A stretch of 64,000 nucleotides of DNA from a bacterium (GTDB lineage Bacteria > Patescibacteriota > UBA1384 > XYA2-FULL-43-10 > JAKAMI01), in assembly GCA_021812945.1 (NCBI GenBank), contig JAKAMI010000001.1, positions 3,637 through 67,636 of the forward strand, written 5' to 3'. Position 1 is the first letter of the stretch. Each line of letters begins with the position of its first letter. The translations under genes were made by a program, and so were the position numbers. The notes under the pieces are model-generated. The model was not told the DNA's origin. It was given only the letters and a program-made list of their open reading frames with translations, and ran no database searches. This document shows, piece after piece, positions 49,264 to 56,496 of this stretch.

Positions 49264-50448
49264 TCATTCATATCTTAAAGCGTCTAGCGGATTCAGTTTA
49301 CTGGCTCTTTTGGATGGATAAAAACCGGTTGAAAACCCCACCAGCACCGAAAAAGCGATGATCCCGGCCGCCAGCCACCAAGGCGTGTAAAAAAGAGTCT
49401 GCGCCTCTCCTCCGACACTTTTGGCCAGAAGATTGATGATGATGTTGATGGCATAGCCGGTGACCAGACCGACCACCGTGCCCATAATACCGCCGAGCGT
49501 CGCGATCATTGTAGACTCCGACAGAAATATTTTTGCCACATCGATATTGTAAACCCCGATAGCTTTCATAATCCCGATGTCGCGGGTTCTTTCCAAAAGG
49601 GCGATGGTCATGGTGTTAAACATCCCGATAGCCGCTACGATCAAAGCGATGACCCCGAAAAGGGCCAAAACTATTTGAATGATTTTGAAGATTTGATCGA
49701 CTTGAGAGATCGTATCGGCTATAGAGGTGACCGTAAATCCGAGATCTTCAATGCTTTTTCTGGCCTCGGGAATCTTAGTCTGATCGGTAACTTTGGCTTT
49801 GATCGAATTGAACACGGTGGTATCCAAAACCCTGTCGGTATAGTTCTTCAGTGGGGCGTAAGCAAAACTGGTTGAATCATCGGCGACAATTCCCGATACC
49901 TTGTAATCCGTTTTTTGCTCTTCCGGCTGACCCTTGGCATTGGCAAAAACCAAGTTCAGGGTAACGGTTTGACCGATCATATTTTGCAGGTCTGCTCCCA
50001 ACGCTTTGGCTAGAGCGCTTGAGACTACTATCTCTTTACCCGAGTCGGTAAATAAACTGCCGAGTGAAGTTTTGGTGCCGTCGAGAGCAAAAAAGTTTTC
50101 ATCGACCAGATTGGCGACTAAGTCGGTTTTCTTACCGCTCAAGTCTATTTTTGACCCCACCATCATCACCGGCGACACTTTCTCGATACCGGGAAATGTT
50201 TTTATTTTTTCTGCGGTTTTTTTGTCAAGCTTGTTGAGATCCGATTTGCCGGCCGCCACGTCCAAAGTATTGATAGCCTCGATAGAGGCAATTTTTTTGA
50301 CCGATAGATTTTGCAAGCCGTAGCCCAAAGAGACCAAAAAAACAATAGCTCCGATGCCCACGGAGATACCGGCGACTGTCAAAATAGTCCTCATTTTATT
50401 GGACTTAAGATTTGACAGTGAGATTCTTAGGACCTGGCTAAACTTCAT
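49264..50448 (-). CDS. ABC transporter permease, FtsX/MacB-like
   Basis: N-terminal TM, large periplasmic loop, C-terminal FtsX-type four-helix region. Confidence 0.8.
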   Translation of the reverse strand: MKFSQVLRISLSNLKSNKMRTILTVAGISVGIGAIVFLVSLGYGLQNLSVKKIASIEAINTLDVAAGKSDLNKLDKKTAEKIKTFPGIEKVSPVMMVGSKIDLSGKKTDLVANLVDENFFALDGTKTSLGSLFTDSGKEIVVSSALAKALGADLQNMIGQTVTLNLVFANAKGQPEEQKTDYKVSGIVADDSTSFAYAPLKNYTDRVLDTTVFNSIKAKVTDQTKIPEARKSIEDLGFTVTSIADTISQVDQIFKIIQIVLALFGVIALIVAAIGMFNTMTIALLERTRDIGIMKAIGVYNIDVAKIFLSESTMIATLGGIMGTVVGLVTGYAINIIINLLAKSVGGEAQTLFYTPWWLAAGIIAFSVLVGFSTGFYPSKRASKLNPLDALRYE

Positions 50449-50576
50449 ACTTTCCTTAAATTACCAATAATCAACGATCAATGATCAATTAATTATCAAT
50501 GGACAAGGGGGAAATGAAAATTAATACTTGATTATTAAATGATAATTGAAAATTGATATTTGAAAATTGAATCCGG
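50449..50576. repeat. Solo copy of the AT-rich core found in the three rnpB insertions (TGATCAA-rich half plus TTGAAAATTGATATTTGAAA half), lacking the terminal hairpins
   Basis: CAATAATCAACGATCAATGATCAATTAATTATCAATGG...TTGAAAATTGATATTTGAAAATTGAAT matches the rnpB insertion cores. Confidence 0.6.
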
Positions 50577-51332
50577 CTACTGTCCGATGACGTGCTCTGA
50601 CGGCTTGAAACCGCCAACGTCTTTGATCGGTACCCGAGCGTGATTCTTATCTATCTTGTCTATCAACCCGTCTTTGAGGCGGATTACCCGATTAGCGTAT
50701 TTGAGATAATCCGGGTTGTGGGTGACCATAATGATCGTCTTTTTTGATTTTTGATTTAGGGTATTGAAAATACCCATAACCTCGCCAGCGGATTTCGAAT
50801 CCAGATTGCCGGTCGGTTCGTCGCAAATCAGAATCCAAGGGTTGGTGGCTAGCGCTCTAGCCATGGCCACTCGTTGCTGCTGGCCTCCGGAAAGCTCGGT
50901 CGGAATATTTTTTAAGTGGTCTTTGAGCCCGAACATTACCAAAAGATCCTCGGCGCGGTTCAAGGACTTGTAATAATCTCCTCCGGAGGACAAAAGCGGC
51001 AAGGCCACGTTTTCCTGAACCGTCATGGATTTTAGAAGGTTAAAGGACTGGAAGACTATGCCGATCTTGCTCTGGCGGAACTTGGCCATCTGGTTCGGGT
51101 CGTAATTGGCCAGCTCCTCGCCGCGAATTTTCAGGCTGCCTTCCGAGACGTTTTCCAGACCGGAGACGATATTGAGCAGAGTCGATTTACCGCAACCGGA
51201 AGGGCCGAAGATGATAATGAATTCGCCCGATTCGATATCAAAAGACACCCCTTTGATGACTTCGATCACGTTCGCCCCGAGATCAAATTTTTTCTTGATG
51301 TTTTTGGCTTCGATAACCTTAGTTTTCGCCAC
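50577..51332 (-). CDS. ABC transporter ATP-binding protein (MacB/LolD-like)
   Basis: Walker [10 protein letters not shown], signature [15 protein letters not shown], Walker [13 protein letters not shown]. Confidence 0.9.
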   Translation of the reverse strand: MAKTKVIEAKNIKKKFDLGANVIEVIKGVSFDIESGEFIIIFGPSGCGKSTLLNIVSGLENVSEGSLKIRGEELANYDPNQMAKFRQSKIGIVFQSFNLLKSMTVQENVALPLLSSGGDYYKSLNRAEDLLVMFGLKDHLKNIPTELSGGQQQRVAMARALATNPWILICDEPTGNLDSKSAGEVMGIFNTLNQKSKKTIIMVTHNPDYLKYANRVIRLKDGLIDKIDKNHARVPIKDVGGFKPSEHVIGQ

Positions 51333-51389
51333 CTTATCCCCTCCGCCTTAGAACTTAAGTCTGTAGCGTTTTCAACTAAGATATGTCAT

Positions 51390-51475
51390 CCTGAGCTAAT
51401 TTCTGTCATCCTGAGCCTGCGAAGGATCTATTCCATAGACAAAGATTCTTCACTGCATTCAGAATGACAGTCTAA
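51390..51475. repeat. Degenerate MITE-hairpin copy (left boundary of GC-rich islet)
   Basis: ATGTCATCCTGAGCTAATTTCTGTCATCCTGAGCCTGCGAAGGATCTATTCCATAGACAAAGATTCTTCACTGCATTCAGAATGACAGTCT. Confidence 0.65.
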
Positions 51476-51669
51476 GTTGAAATGTGCAACAGCAGTATTT
51501 ATATACATCATAGCAGGAATGAGAAAACATCGTCAACGGTATTTACATCAAGATAATTATCTGATAAAAATGAATTGATGACTAAGCCAATCTGCCAAAA
51601 CATAATTAGCAATATCGTTACCCCAACCTCATAGGCGGTGGTGTTGTTTAGCTGGCCAAAAGATGATTA

Positions 51670-51695
51670 ACCCCGCCGCAGACGGGGTTTTTGTT
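51670..51695 (+). terminator. Intrinsic terminator-like hairpin plus T-run
   Basis: AACCCCGCCGCAGACGGGGTTTTTGTTTT. Confidence 0.5.
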
Positions 51696-51770
51696 TTATG
51701 CTTGGGCTGAAGGGACTTTTCTTCGGCCGAAGATGTGAGACAAAAACGCGAGAGATGGAGGTTAGAGACG

Positions 51771-52058
51771 ATGCCAATGTCGCATAAGCAAGCAGAGTCG
51801 TTGGTGAGAAAAGTTCGAGCCCAGATCAGACAGGAGGCAAACGCGAGAATTACAGCCATCAGGGCTGAGTCCGCCCGGGCGCAAGGACTTGTCGCCGTCC
51901 TTGACGAAGATAATGATTCGACCATTACGATCGGGGGGATTCACTGCTTCAACGAGATGGCTACCTACCAATCAGATAGCCAGATCATCAACAACTTGGT
52001 TGAGAAGGCCCAGCAGAAAGCAGCTACGCGGGCTCTTACACCCGCGACTTCTACCTGA
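51771..52058 (+). CDS. Hypothetical protein (95 aa) in GC-rich islet
   Basis: RBS GGAGG 8 nt upstream. GC-rich codon usage unlike neighbours. Translation MPMSHKQAESLVRKVRAQIRQEANARITAIRAE... Followed by the GC palindrome GGCCCCGGGGCCGACCGGCCCCGGGCC. Confidence 0.45.
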   Translation: MPMSHKQAESLVRKVRAQIRQEANARITAIRAESARAQGLVAVLDEDNDSTITIGGIHCFNEMATYQSDSQIINNLVEKAQQKAATRALTPATST

Positions 52059-52146
52059 AGCCGCGACGGTCAAGACACAAGCAGGCCCCGGGGCCGACCG
52101 GCCCCGGGCCCAACTGCTCCTGACATTGTTTGCTTGGTTTGATAAT

Positions 52147-52288
52147 ATTAGTTTGTAGCAAAATGTGGCTTGTTCCGTCATCCTTAAGCTGATGTCTGTG
52201 ATCCTTAAGCTTGTTCTGTCATCCTGAGCTTGCGAAGGATCTCTACTTATGGAATAGATCCTTCGCAAGCTCAGGATGACAAAATACG
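52147..52288. repeat. MITE-like element with perfect 24-bp hairpin arms (right boundary of GC-rich islet)
   Basis: ATTAGTTTGTAGCAAAATGTGGCTTGTTC...GTCATCCTGAGCTTGCGAAGGATC-TCTACTTATGGAATA-GATCCTTCGCAAGCTCAGGATGAC. Near-identical to 56385..56485. Confidence 0.85.
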
Positions 52289-52319
52289 ACGATAGACTCT
52301 AATTATTCACATCTGGTCT

Positions 52320-54086
52320 ATGAAATTGCTGGGAGGTAAATTTCTATGGCTCGGATTTTCTGTTCTGGTCGTCTTTTTATTGTTCCCGAATCAGGCTAAA
52401 GCCACCTCCGATCACTTGGTTATCAACGAACTCCTTCCTAACCCAAACACCGACGAAAAAGAATGGGTGGAAATCTATAACCCGACGGCCGCTTCCGTCG
52501 ATTTTGGCAACTACGTACTTATGGATGGAAGTAAAACCAAAAAAACCTTGTCTGGGTTTGTTGATCCGGACAGTTATTTTGTTTTATCCGTCTCAAGCGG
52601 TTGGCTAAACAATGACGGCGAGATTCTATTCTTGCTTCAGGAAAACAACAGTTTGATTATCGATCAAGCCGCATACGGTAATTGGTCGGACAAGGTGCTG
52701 GACGCTAATCTTGATTTTGACGGCACAAGCAATTTCAAACCGGCCCCGGCCAAAGGCCAATCGATCTCCAGAATTCCAAACGGACAAGATACCGATGTCG
52801 ATAAAAACGATTTTCGGATTGTGGCATCGACTCCGGGGACAAAGAATGTATTGCCGGTTTATCCCGACTCGATTAAGATCAACGAGGTCTTGCCGGCGCC
52901 GGCTAACGGCCAAGAAGAATTTGTCGAATTATATAATACGGGAGACCAAATAGTCGATCTCTCCGGCTGGCAACTGGACGATGCCGGGGACGGTAGCTCT
53001 CCTTACCCGATTCCGGACGGGACAACAGTTGATGCCGGCGGATATTTGATAATTAACCATGCCCAATCTAAAATATATTTCAACGACAGCGGCGACAGCG
53101 TTCGGCTATTCGATCCAAACGGGGATTTGAAAGATATGCTGGTATACGATAAAGCCAAAACCGGTTTTTCTTTCGCCAATGTTGGAGGCGCTTGGCAATG
53201 GACTAACCAACCTACGCCTTATTCTAAAAATCAATCTTCGATTTTGGAAGCGGGATCGGATTCTCCGAATTATCCGCAACTCTCTATCGACCAGGCCAAA
53301 GAACTGAAAATCGGCTCTTATGTTAAAGTCAGGGGTAAGATCAGTGTCAAAAACGGAGTTTTATCCAAGCATTATTTCTATCTGGAGGATAACACCGGCG
53401 GCCTGCAGATTTACAGCTACGACGCGGCTTTCCCCGAGCTGGTCGACGGACAGCCGGTCGAGGCCAAAGGAGAGTTATCGTCTTATCACGATGAGTTGAG
53501 ATTAAAAGTCTCTCCAGTAAGCGATATCTTAGTCATTCAGCCATCCAAAAATCCTCCGCCGGCGATCGCGCCGGTCACTCCGAAACCGATCACCGGCCAA
53601 CCCCTCCTAGTAACCGACGTCGGCCGTTTGGTTAGCCTAAAAGGCAAAGTCATAAAAAATAGCGGCCAGGACATTTATTTATCTCATCAAGACGGACCAG
53701 TAAAGGTTTATTTGATTGATTTGACCGGTATCAAAAAACCAAGACTAAAAACCGGCCGCGAGCTTGAAGTTACCGGCATTTTAAGTTACTATGATGACTA
53801 CTTCCGCCTTCTGCCACGCTATCAATCCGATATCAAAGTGCTCGAGACTTTACCAAATTCCGGAAGCGGACTATTCTTTCCCCTATTATTTGCGAGTCTA
53901 ACAACATTTTTGATTTATCTACTAACAGATCATCACGAAATACGACGAGCGTACTACTTCTACAAAAGACAACGTTTCTATCGAACGGAAAGTTCGAGGC
54001 GAGCTTTTGCTGAATTTCGACGGTTTAGAAGTGCTTTGAGACAACGATCTCAAAGAGCGCCTAGAAATTCAGCGAAGGCGAGCTGA
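52320..54086 (+). CDS. Surface protein with two lamin-tail (LTD) domains and two OB-fold modules, C-terminal TM anchor plus basic tail
   Basis: Signal peptide. LTD signatures (LVINELLPNPNTDEKEWVEIYNPT..., IKINEVLPAPANGQEEFVELYNTGD...LSGWQLDD). OB-fold-like beta segments. C-terminal LFFPLLFASLTTFLIYLL then an Arg-rich tail. Confidence 0.6.
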   Translation: MKLLGGKFLWLGFSVLVVFLLFPNQAKATSDHLVINELLPNPNTDEKEWVEIYNPTAASVDFGNYVLMDGSKTKKTLSGFVDPDSYFVLSVSSGWLNNDGEILFLLQENNSLIIDQAAYGNWSDKVLDANLDFDGTSNFKPAPAKGQSISRIPNGQDTDVDKNDFRIVASTPGTKNVLPVYPDSIKINEVLPAPANGQEEFVELYNTGDQIVDLSGWQLDDAGDGSSPYPIPDGTTVDAGGYLIINHAQSKIYFNDSGDSVRLFDPNGDLKDMLVYDKAKTGFSFANVGGAWQWTNQPTPYSKNQSSILEAGSDSPNYPQLSIDQAKELKIGSYVKVRGKISVKNGVLSKHYFYLEDNTGGLQIYSYDAAFPELVDGQPVEAKGELSSYHDELRLKVSPVSDILVIQPSKNPPPAIAPVTPKPITGQPLLVTDVGRLVSLKGKVIKNSGQDIYLSHQDGPVKVYLIDLTGIKKPRLKTGRELEVTGILSYYDDYFRLLPRYQSDIKVLETLPNSGSGLFFPLLFASLTTFLIYLLTDHHEIRRAYYFYKRQRFYRTESSRRAFAEFRRFRSALRQRSQRAPRNSAKAS

Positions 54087-54120
54087 GATTGCTACGTCGA
54101 TGACTCCTCGCAATGACGAA
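54078..54120. repeat. ~40-bp dispersed repeat, copy 2
   Basis: GAGATTGCTACGTCGATGACTCCTCGCAATGACGAAAGAG matches 12869..12912. Confidence 0.75.
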
Positions 54121-54553
54121 AGAGAAAATGGAAAAGATTCTCCACAACTTGGCTGATGCCCGAAGATTGGCATCCAAGATCGCCGGCAGGGTCAAATCCG
54201 GTCAGGTTTTTGCTTTTTACGGTGATCTAGGCGCCGGCAAAACCACCCTGATTCAGCAGATCGCTCTCAAGCTGGGAGTTGAGGAACCGGTCACCAGCCC
54301 GACTTTTGTCATCCAAAAAAAATACGCCACAAACAAAGGTTTCGATCTGATCCACATCGATTGCTATAGATTCCATAATGCCGTCGAGGCGCAAGATATC
54401 GGACTATTTGAGCTAATGAACCCTAGTAATGTCTGCTTTGTCGAATGGGCTGATAAGATAGAGCCGCTTCTGCCGAAAGATACCGTGAGGATTTTTTTGG
54501 CATATCTGAGCGAGACCGATCGCAAGGTCAGAATCGAGGGATTAGATGTATAG
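54113..54553 (+). CDS. tsaE: tRNA t6A37 biosynthesis protein TsaE (YjeE ATPase)
   Basis: Walker A GDLGAGKTTL, TsaE-type SPTFVIQKKY...HIDCYRF. The functional start may be MEKILHN at 54128. Confidence 0.8.
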   Translation: MTKEKMEKILHNLADARRLASKIAGRVKSGQVFAFYGDLGAGKTTLIQQIALKLGVEEPVTSPTFVIQKKYATNKGFDLIHIDCYRFHNAVEAQDIGLFELMNPSNVCFVEWADKIEPLLPKDTVRIFLAYLSETDRKVRIEGLDV

Positions 54554-54938
54554 CCTGTATCTTGACACCACAACCAAAGAAATCCGCATTTTATTGATCA
54601 AGAACGATAATATTGTGTCCGAGAAACAGTTTGCTTCAAATGATAATTCTGAGAACCAATTTATCGGCCAGATTGATAAATTGCTCAAAGAAAATAAGTT
54701 GGGGATTGATGATATTGATAATCTGATTGTCAATGTTGGCCCCGGCGGTTTTACCGGCACCCGAATCAGCGTGGCGTTTGCCAATGCCTTAAAACTCGCT
54801 CGACCCGAACTTAAGCTTTTTGGGATCAGTAACCCCGAATCACCGAAAGAAATTTTCGATATTCTTAAAGGTCGGCAAGTCGATATCCTGTCTGCAACTT
54901 ATTATTCAGGGCCATCTATCACCCGCCCCAACAGATAG
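54546..54938 (+). CDS. tsaB: tRNA t6A37 biosynthesis protein TsaB (YeaZ), short form
   Basis: N-terminal Kae1/YeaZ fold motif VNVGPGGFTGTRISVAFANAL. Only 130 aa, so C-terminally short relative to typical TsaB. Confidence 0.65.
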   Translation: MYSLYLDTTTKEIRILLIKNDNIVSEKQFASNDNSENQFIGQIDKLLKENKLGIDDIDNLIVNVGPGGFTGTRISVAFANALKLARPELKLFGISNPESPKEIFDILKGRQVDILSATYYSGPSITRPNR

Positions 54939-55021
54939 CAACCCTTTGACCATTGACTCGCATTATCGAAATTCGCTAGAATAGGTAGGTCCTTACTTCG
55001 CGGTAGGGGCAACCGAAAAGA

Positions 55022-55080
55022 AGATCCAAACGGTCTTTTTTTGTTCGACGAAAGACGCTGCATGACTTGCGGCGTTTTTT
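55022..55080 (+). terminator. Tandem intrinsic terminators after tsaB
   Basis: AAGATCCAAACGGTCTTTTTTT and ACGCTGCATGACTTGCGGCGTTTTTT. Confidence 0.55.
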
Positions 55081-55092
55081 GCTTTCAGACTC

Positions 55093-55115
55093 TTGACATT
55101 TTGTGGTATAATACG
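55093..55115 (+). promoter_or_regulatory. Extended -10 promoter (TGgTATAAT) for the DUF378 gene
   Basis: CTCTTGACATTTTGTGGTATAATACGG. Confidence 0.4.
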
Positions 55116-55147
55116 GATAGATTAGTATTAACATTTGGGAGGTCCAA

Positions 55148-55363
55148 ATGAAAAAGATGGGAACCGTCTCATGGATCGCGATGATCCTGGTCCTTATTGG
55201 AGGATTGAATTGGGGCTTGGTCGGCTTTTTTAGCTGGGACTTGGTCGCTAAAATCTTTGGCGATATGGCCACCGTCTCCCGCATAGTTTACGCCCTAGTT
55301 GGCCTCAGCGCTCTGTATCTTGTACTCTCAATGTTCGGTAGCGGCGGGGAAAAGTCCGAATAG
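55148..55363 (+). CDS. DUF378-family small membrane protein
   Basis: RBS GGGAGG. Sequence LIGGLNWGLVGFFSWDLVAKIFG, typical of DUF378. Confidence 0.65.
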   Translation: MKKMGTVSWIAMILVLIGGLNWGLVGFFSWDLVAKIFGDMATVSRIVYALVGLSALYLVLSMFGSGGEKSE

Positions 55364-55373
55364 TTGAAACAAT

Positions 55374-55441
55374 CTTGTCAACACAAAAACCACCCATGAT
55401 GGCGGTTTTTGTGTTGACAATCCGCTATAAATAGCTATAAT
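55374..55441 (+). promoter_or_regulatory. Terminator hairpin (20-bp arms) overlapping the rnpB promoter: -35 TTGACA 55414-55419, -10 TATAAT 55436-55441
   Basis: TTGTCAACACAAAAACCACC-CATGAT-GGCGGTTTTTGTGTTGACAA, then ATCCGCTATAAATAGC and TATAAT. The predicted start lands on the P1 5' strand. Confidence 0.5.
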
Positions 55442-55474
55442 TAAACTGCTTAAGTGAACCGGGTAATAGCCCTA

Positions 55475-55641
55475 CCGTGTAAAGCACGGAATGATCAAAA
55501 TAATATTCAATGATCAAGGATCAGTTAATGTTCAATTATCAATGATCAAGCAAGTACTTGAAAGTTGAAACTTGATATTTAATTGAAAATTGATATTTGA
55601 AACTTGAAAATTAATCTTTGATACTTCCGCGCTTTGCGCGG
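55475..55641 (+). repeat. rnpB insertion 1 (167 bp) at the P3 position
   Basis: Begins CCGTGTAAAGCACGG, AT-rich TGATCAA/TTGAAA core, ends CCGCGCTTTGCGCGG. The two termini are imperfect inverted repeats (14/15 pairs as RNA). Confidence 0.85.
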
Positions 55642-55738
55642 CTGGGGAGGAAAGTCCGGGCACCAAAGAGTATGGCACCAATGAAAGTTGGCTGGCGTAA
55701 TGCCACGGGAATAGTGCAACAGAAAACATACCGCCGAA

Positions 55739-55912
55739 CCGTGTAAAGCACGGAATGATCAAAATAATATTCAATGGTCAATGATCAATGATCAGTTAAT
55801 ATCCAATTATCAATAATCAATTTAACTATTGAAAATTGAGAATTGATACTTAATTGAAAATTGACACTTGAAACTTGAAAATTAATCTTTGATACTTCCG
55901 CGCTTTGCGCGG
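55739..55912 (+). repeat. rnpB insertion 2 (174 bp) at the P9 position
   Basis: Same termini and core as insertion 1. Replaces the P9 hairpin between ...ACCGCCGAAC and UGGUAAGG. Confidence 0.85.
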
Positions 55913-56076
55913 TGGTAAGGTTGAAATCGTAGTGTAAGAGACTACGCGTTTGATGGGAAACTATCAACTGTGAAAACCCTGCCTGGTGCAAGTTGGGTGG
56001 GCCCTTTATCATCATTTGCGGCTTCTCGTCGCGATGACCTCGGGTCCCAACGCTTAGATAGATTATTGCCGCCGCG

Positions 56077-56250
56077 CCGTGTAAAGCACGGAATGATCAA
56101 AACAATGTTCAAGGATCAATGGTCAATGATCAGTTAATATCCAATTATCAATGATCAAGCGAGTACTTGAAAATTGAGACTTGATATTTAATTGAAAATT
56201 GATATTTGAAACTTGAAAATTTATCTTTGATACTTCCGCGCTTTGCGCGG
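56077..56250 (+). repeat. rnpB insertion 3 (174 bp) in the linker between the P2 and P4 3' strands
   Basis: Same termini and core. Flanked by ...UUAUUGCCGCCGCG and CGAGGUACAGAACCCGG. Confidence 0.85.
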
Positions 56251-56345
56251 CGAGGTACAGAACCCGGCTTATAGGTTCGTTTAAGCACAGAGCTACATTT
56301 AGGCCTCCGTAACTTTATGGCCTGTCCCCTTCGGGGGAATGTGGC

Positions 56346-56380
56346 GACACCCCTACTAGCGTGGGGGTGTTTTAATTTTC
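56346..56380 (+). terminator. Intrinsic terminator downstream of rnpB
   Basis: ACACCCCTACTAGCGTGGGGGTGTTTTAATTTT, preceded by a UUCG-loop hairpin CCCCTTCGGGGG. Confidence 0.6.
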
Positions 56381-56384
56381 TAAA

Positions 56385-56485
56385 ATTAGTTTGTAGCGAA
56401 ATGTAGCTTGTTCTGTCATCCTGAGCTTGCGAAGGATCTATTCTATAGGTAGAGATCCTTCGCAAGCTCAGGATGACAAAATATC
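56385..56485. repeat. MITE-like element with perfect 24-bp hairpin arms (second full copy)
   Basis: ATTAGTTTGTAGCGAAATGTAGCTTGTTCTGTCATCCTGAGCTTGCGAAGGATC-TATTCTATAGGTAGA-GATCCTTCGCAAGCTCAGGATGAC. Confidence 0.85.
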
Positions 56486-56496
56486 AATCGGAGAGC

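Larger units (their letters stand above)
55448..56292 (+). ncRNA. rnpB: RNase P RNA (bacterial type A-like), split into three segments by three ~170-bp inserted repeat elements
   Basis: Segment 1 carries GGGGAGGAAAGUCCGGGC (P4), GGCGUAAUGCCACGGGAA and AGUGCAACAGAAAACAUACCGCC (P15/J15-16). Segment 2 carries GGUAAGGUUGAAA...GUAGUGUAAGAGACUACGCG (P10-P12), GGUGCAAG, GCUUAGAUAGAUUAUUGCC. Segment 3 carries ACAGAACCCGGCUUAUAGG (P4 3' strand). P1 pairs GCUUAAGUGAAC (55448-55459) with GUUCGUUUAAGC (56276-56287). P2 pairs GGUAAUAG with UUAUUGCC. A ~90-nt trailer then runs to a terminator at 56346-56380. Confidence 0.85.

Noticed and set aside
51629-52268. Overlapping ORFs 51629-51925(-), 51762-51971(-), 51889-52158(+), 51972-52268(-) in the GC-rich islet
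   Set aside because: Only the plus-strand ORF starting at 51771 has a ribosome-binding site and a downstream terminator-like palindrome. The others are probably GC-rich-frame artefacts.
55475-56250. Three evenly spaced ~170-bp direct repeats separated by unique ~100-170-bp segments looked at first like a CRISPR-style repeat-spacer array
   Set aside because: Repeats are far too long for CRISPR and are AT-rich with terminal hairpins. The spacers are recognisable RNase P RNA segments in correct order. No cas genes are nearby.
55532-56465. Minus-strand ORFs 55532-55774, 55785-56015, 56148-56465
   Set aside because: They overlap the rnpB gene and its inserted repeats and have repeat-derived low-complexity translations, so they are spurious.
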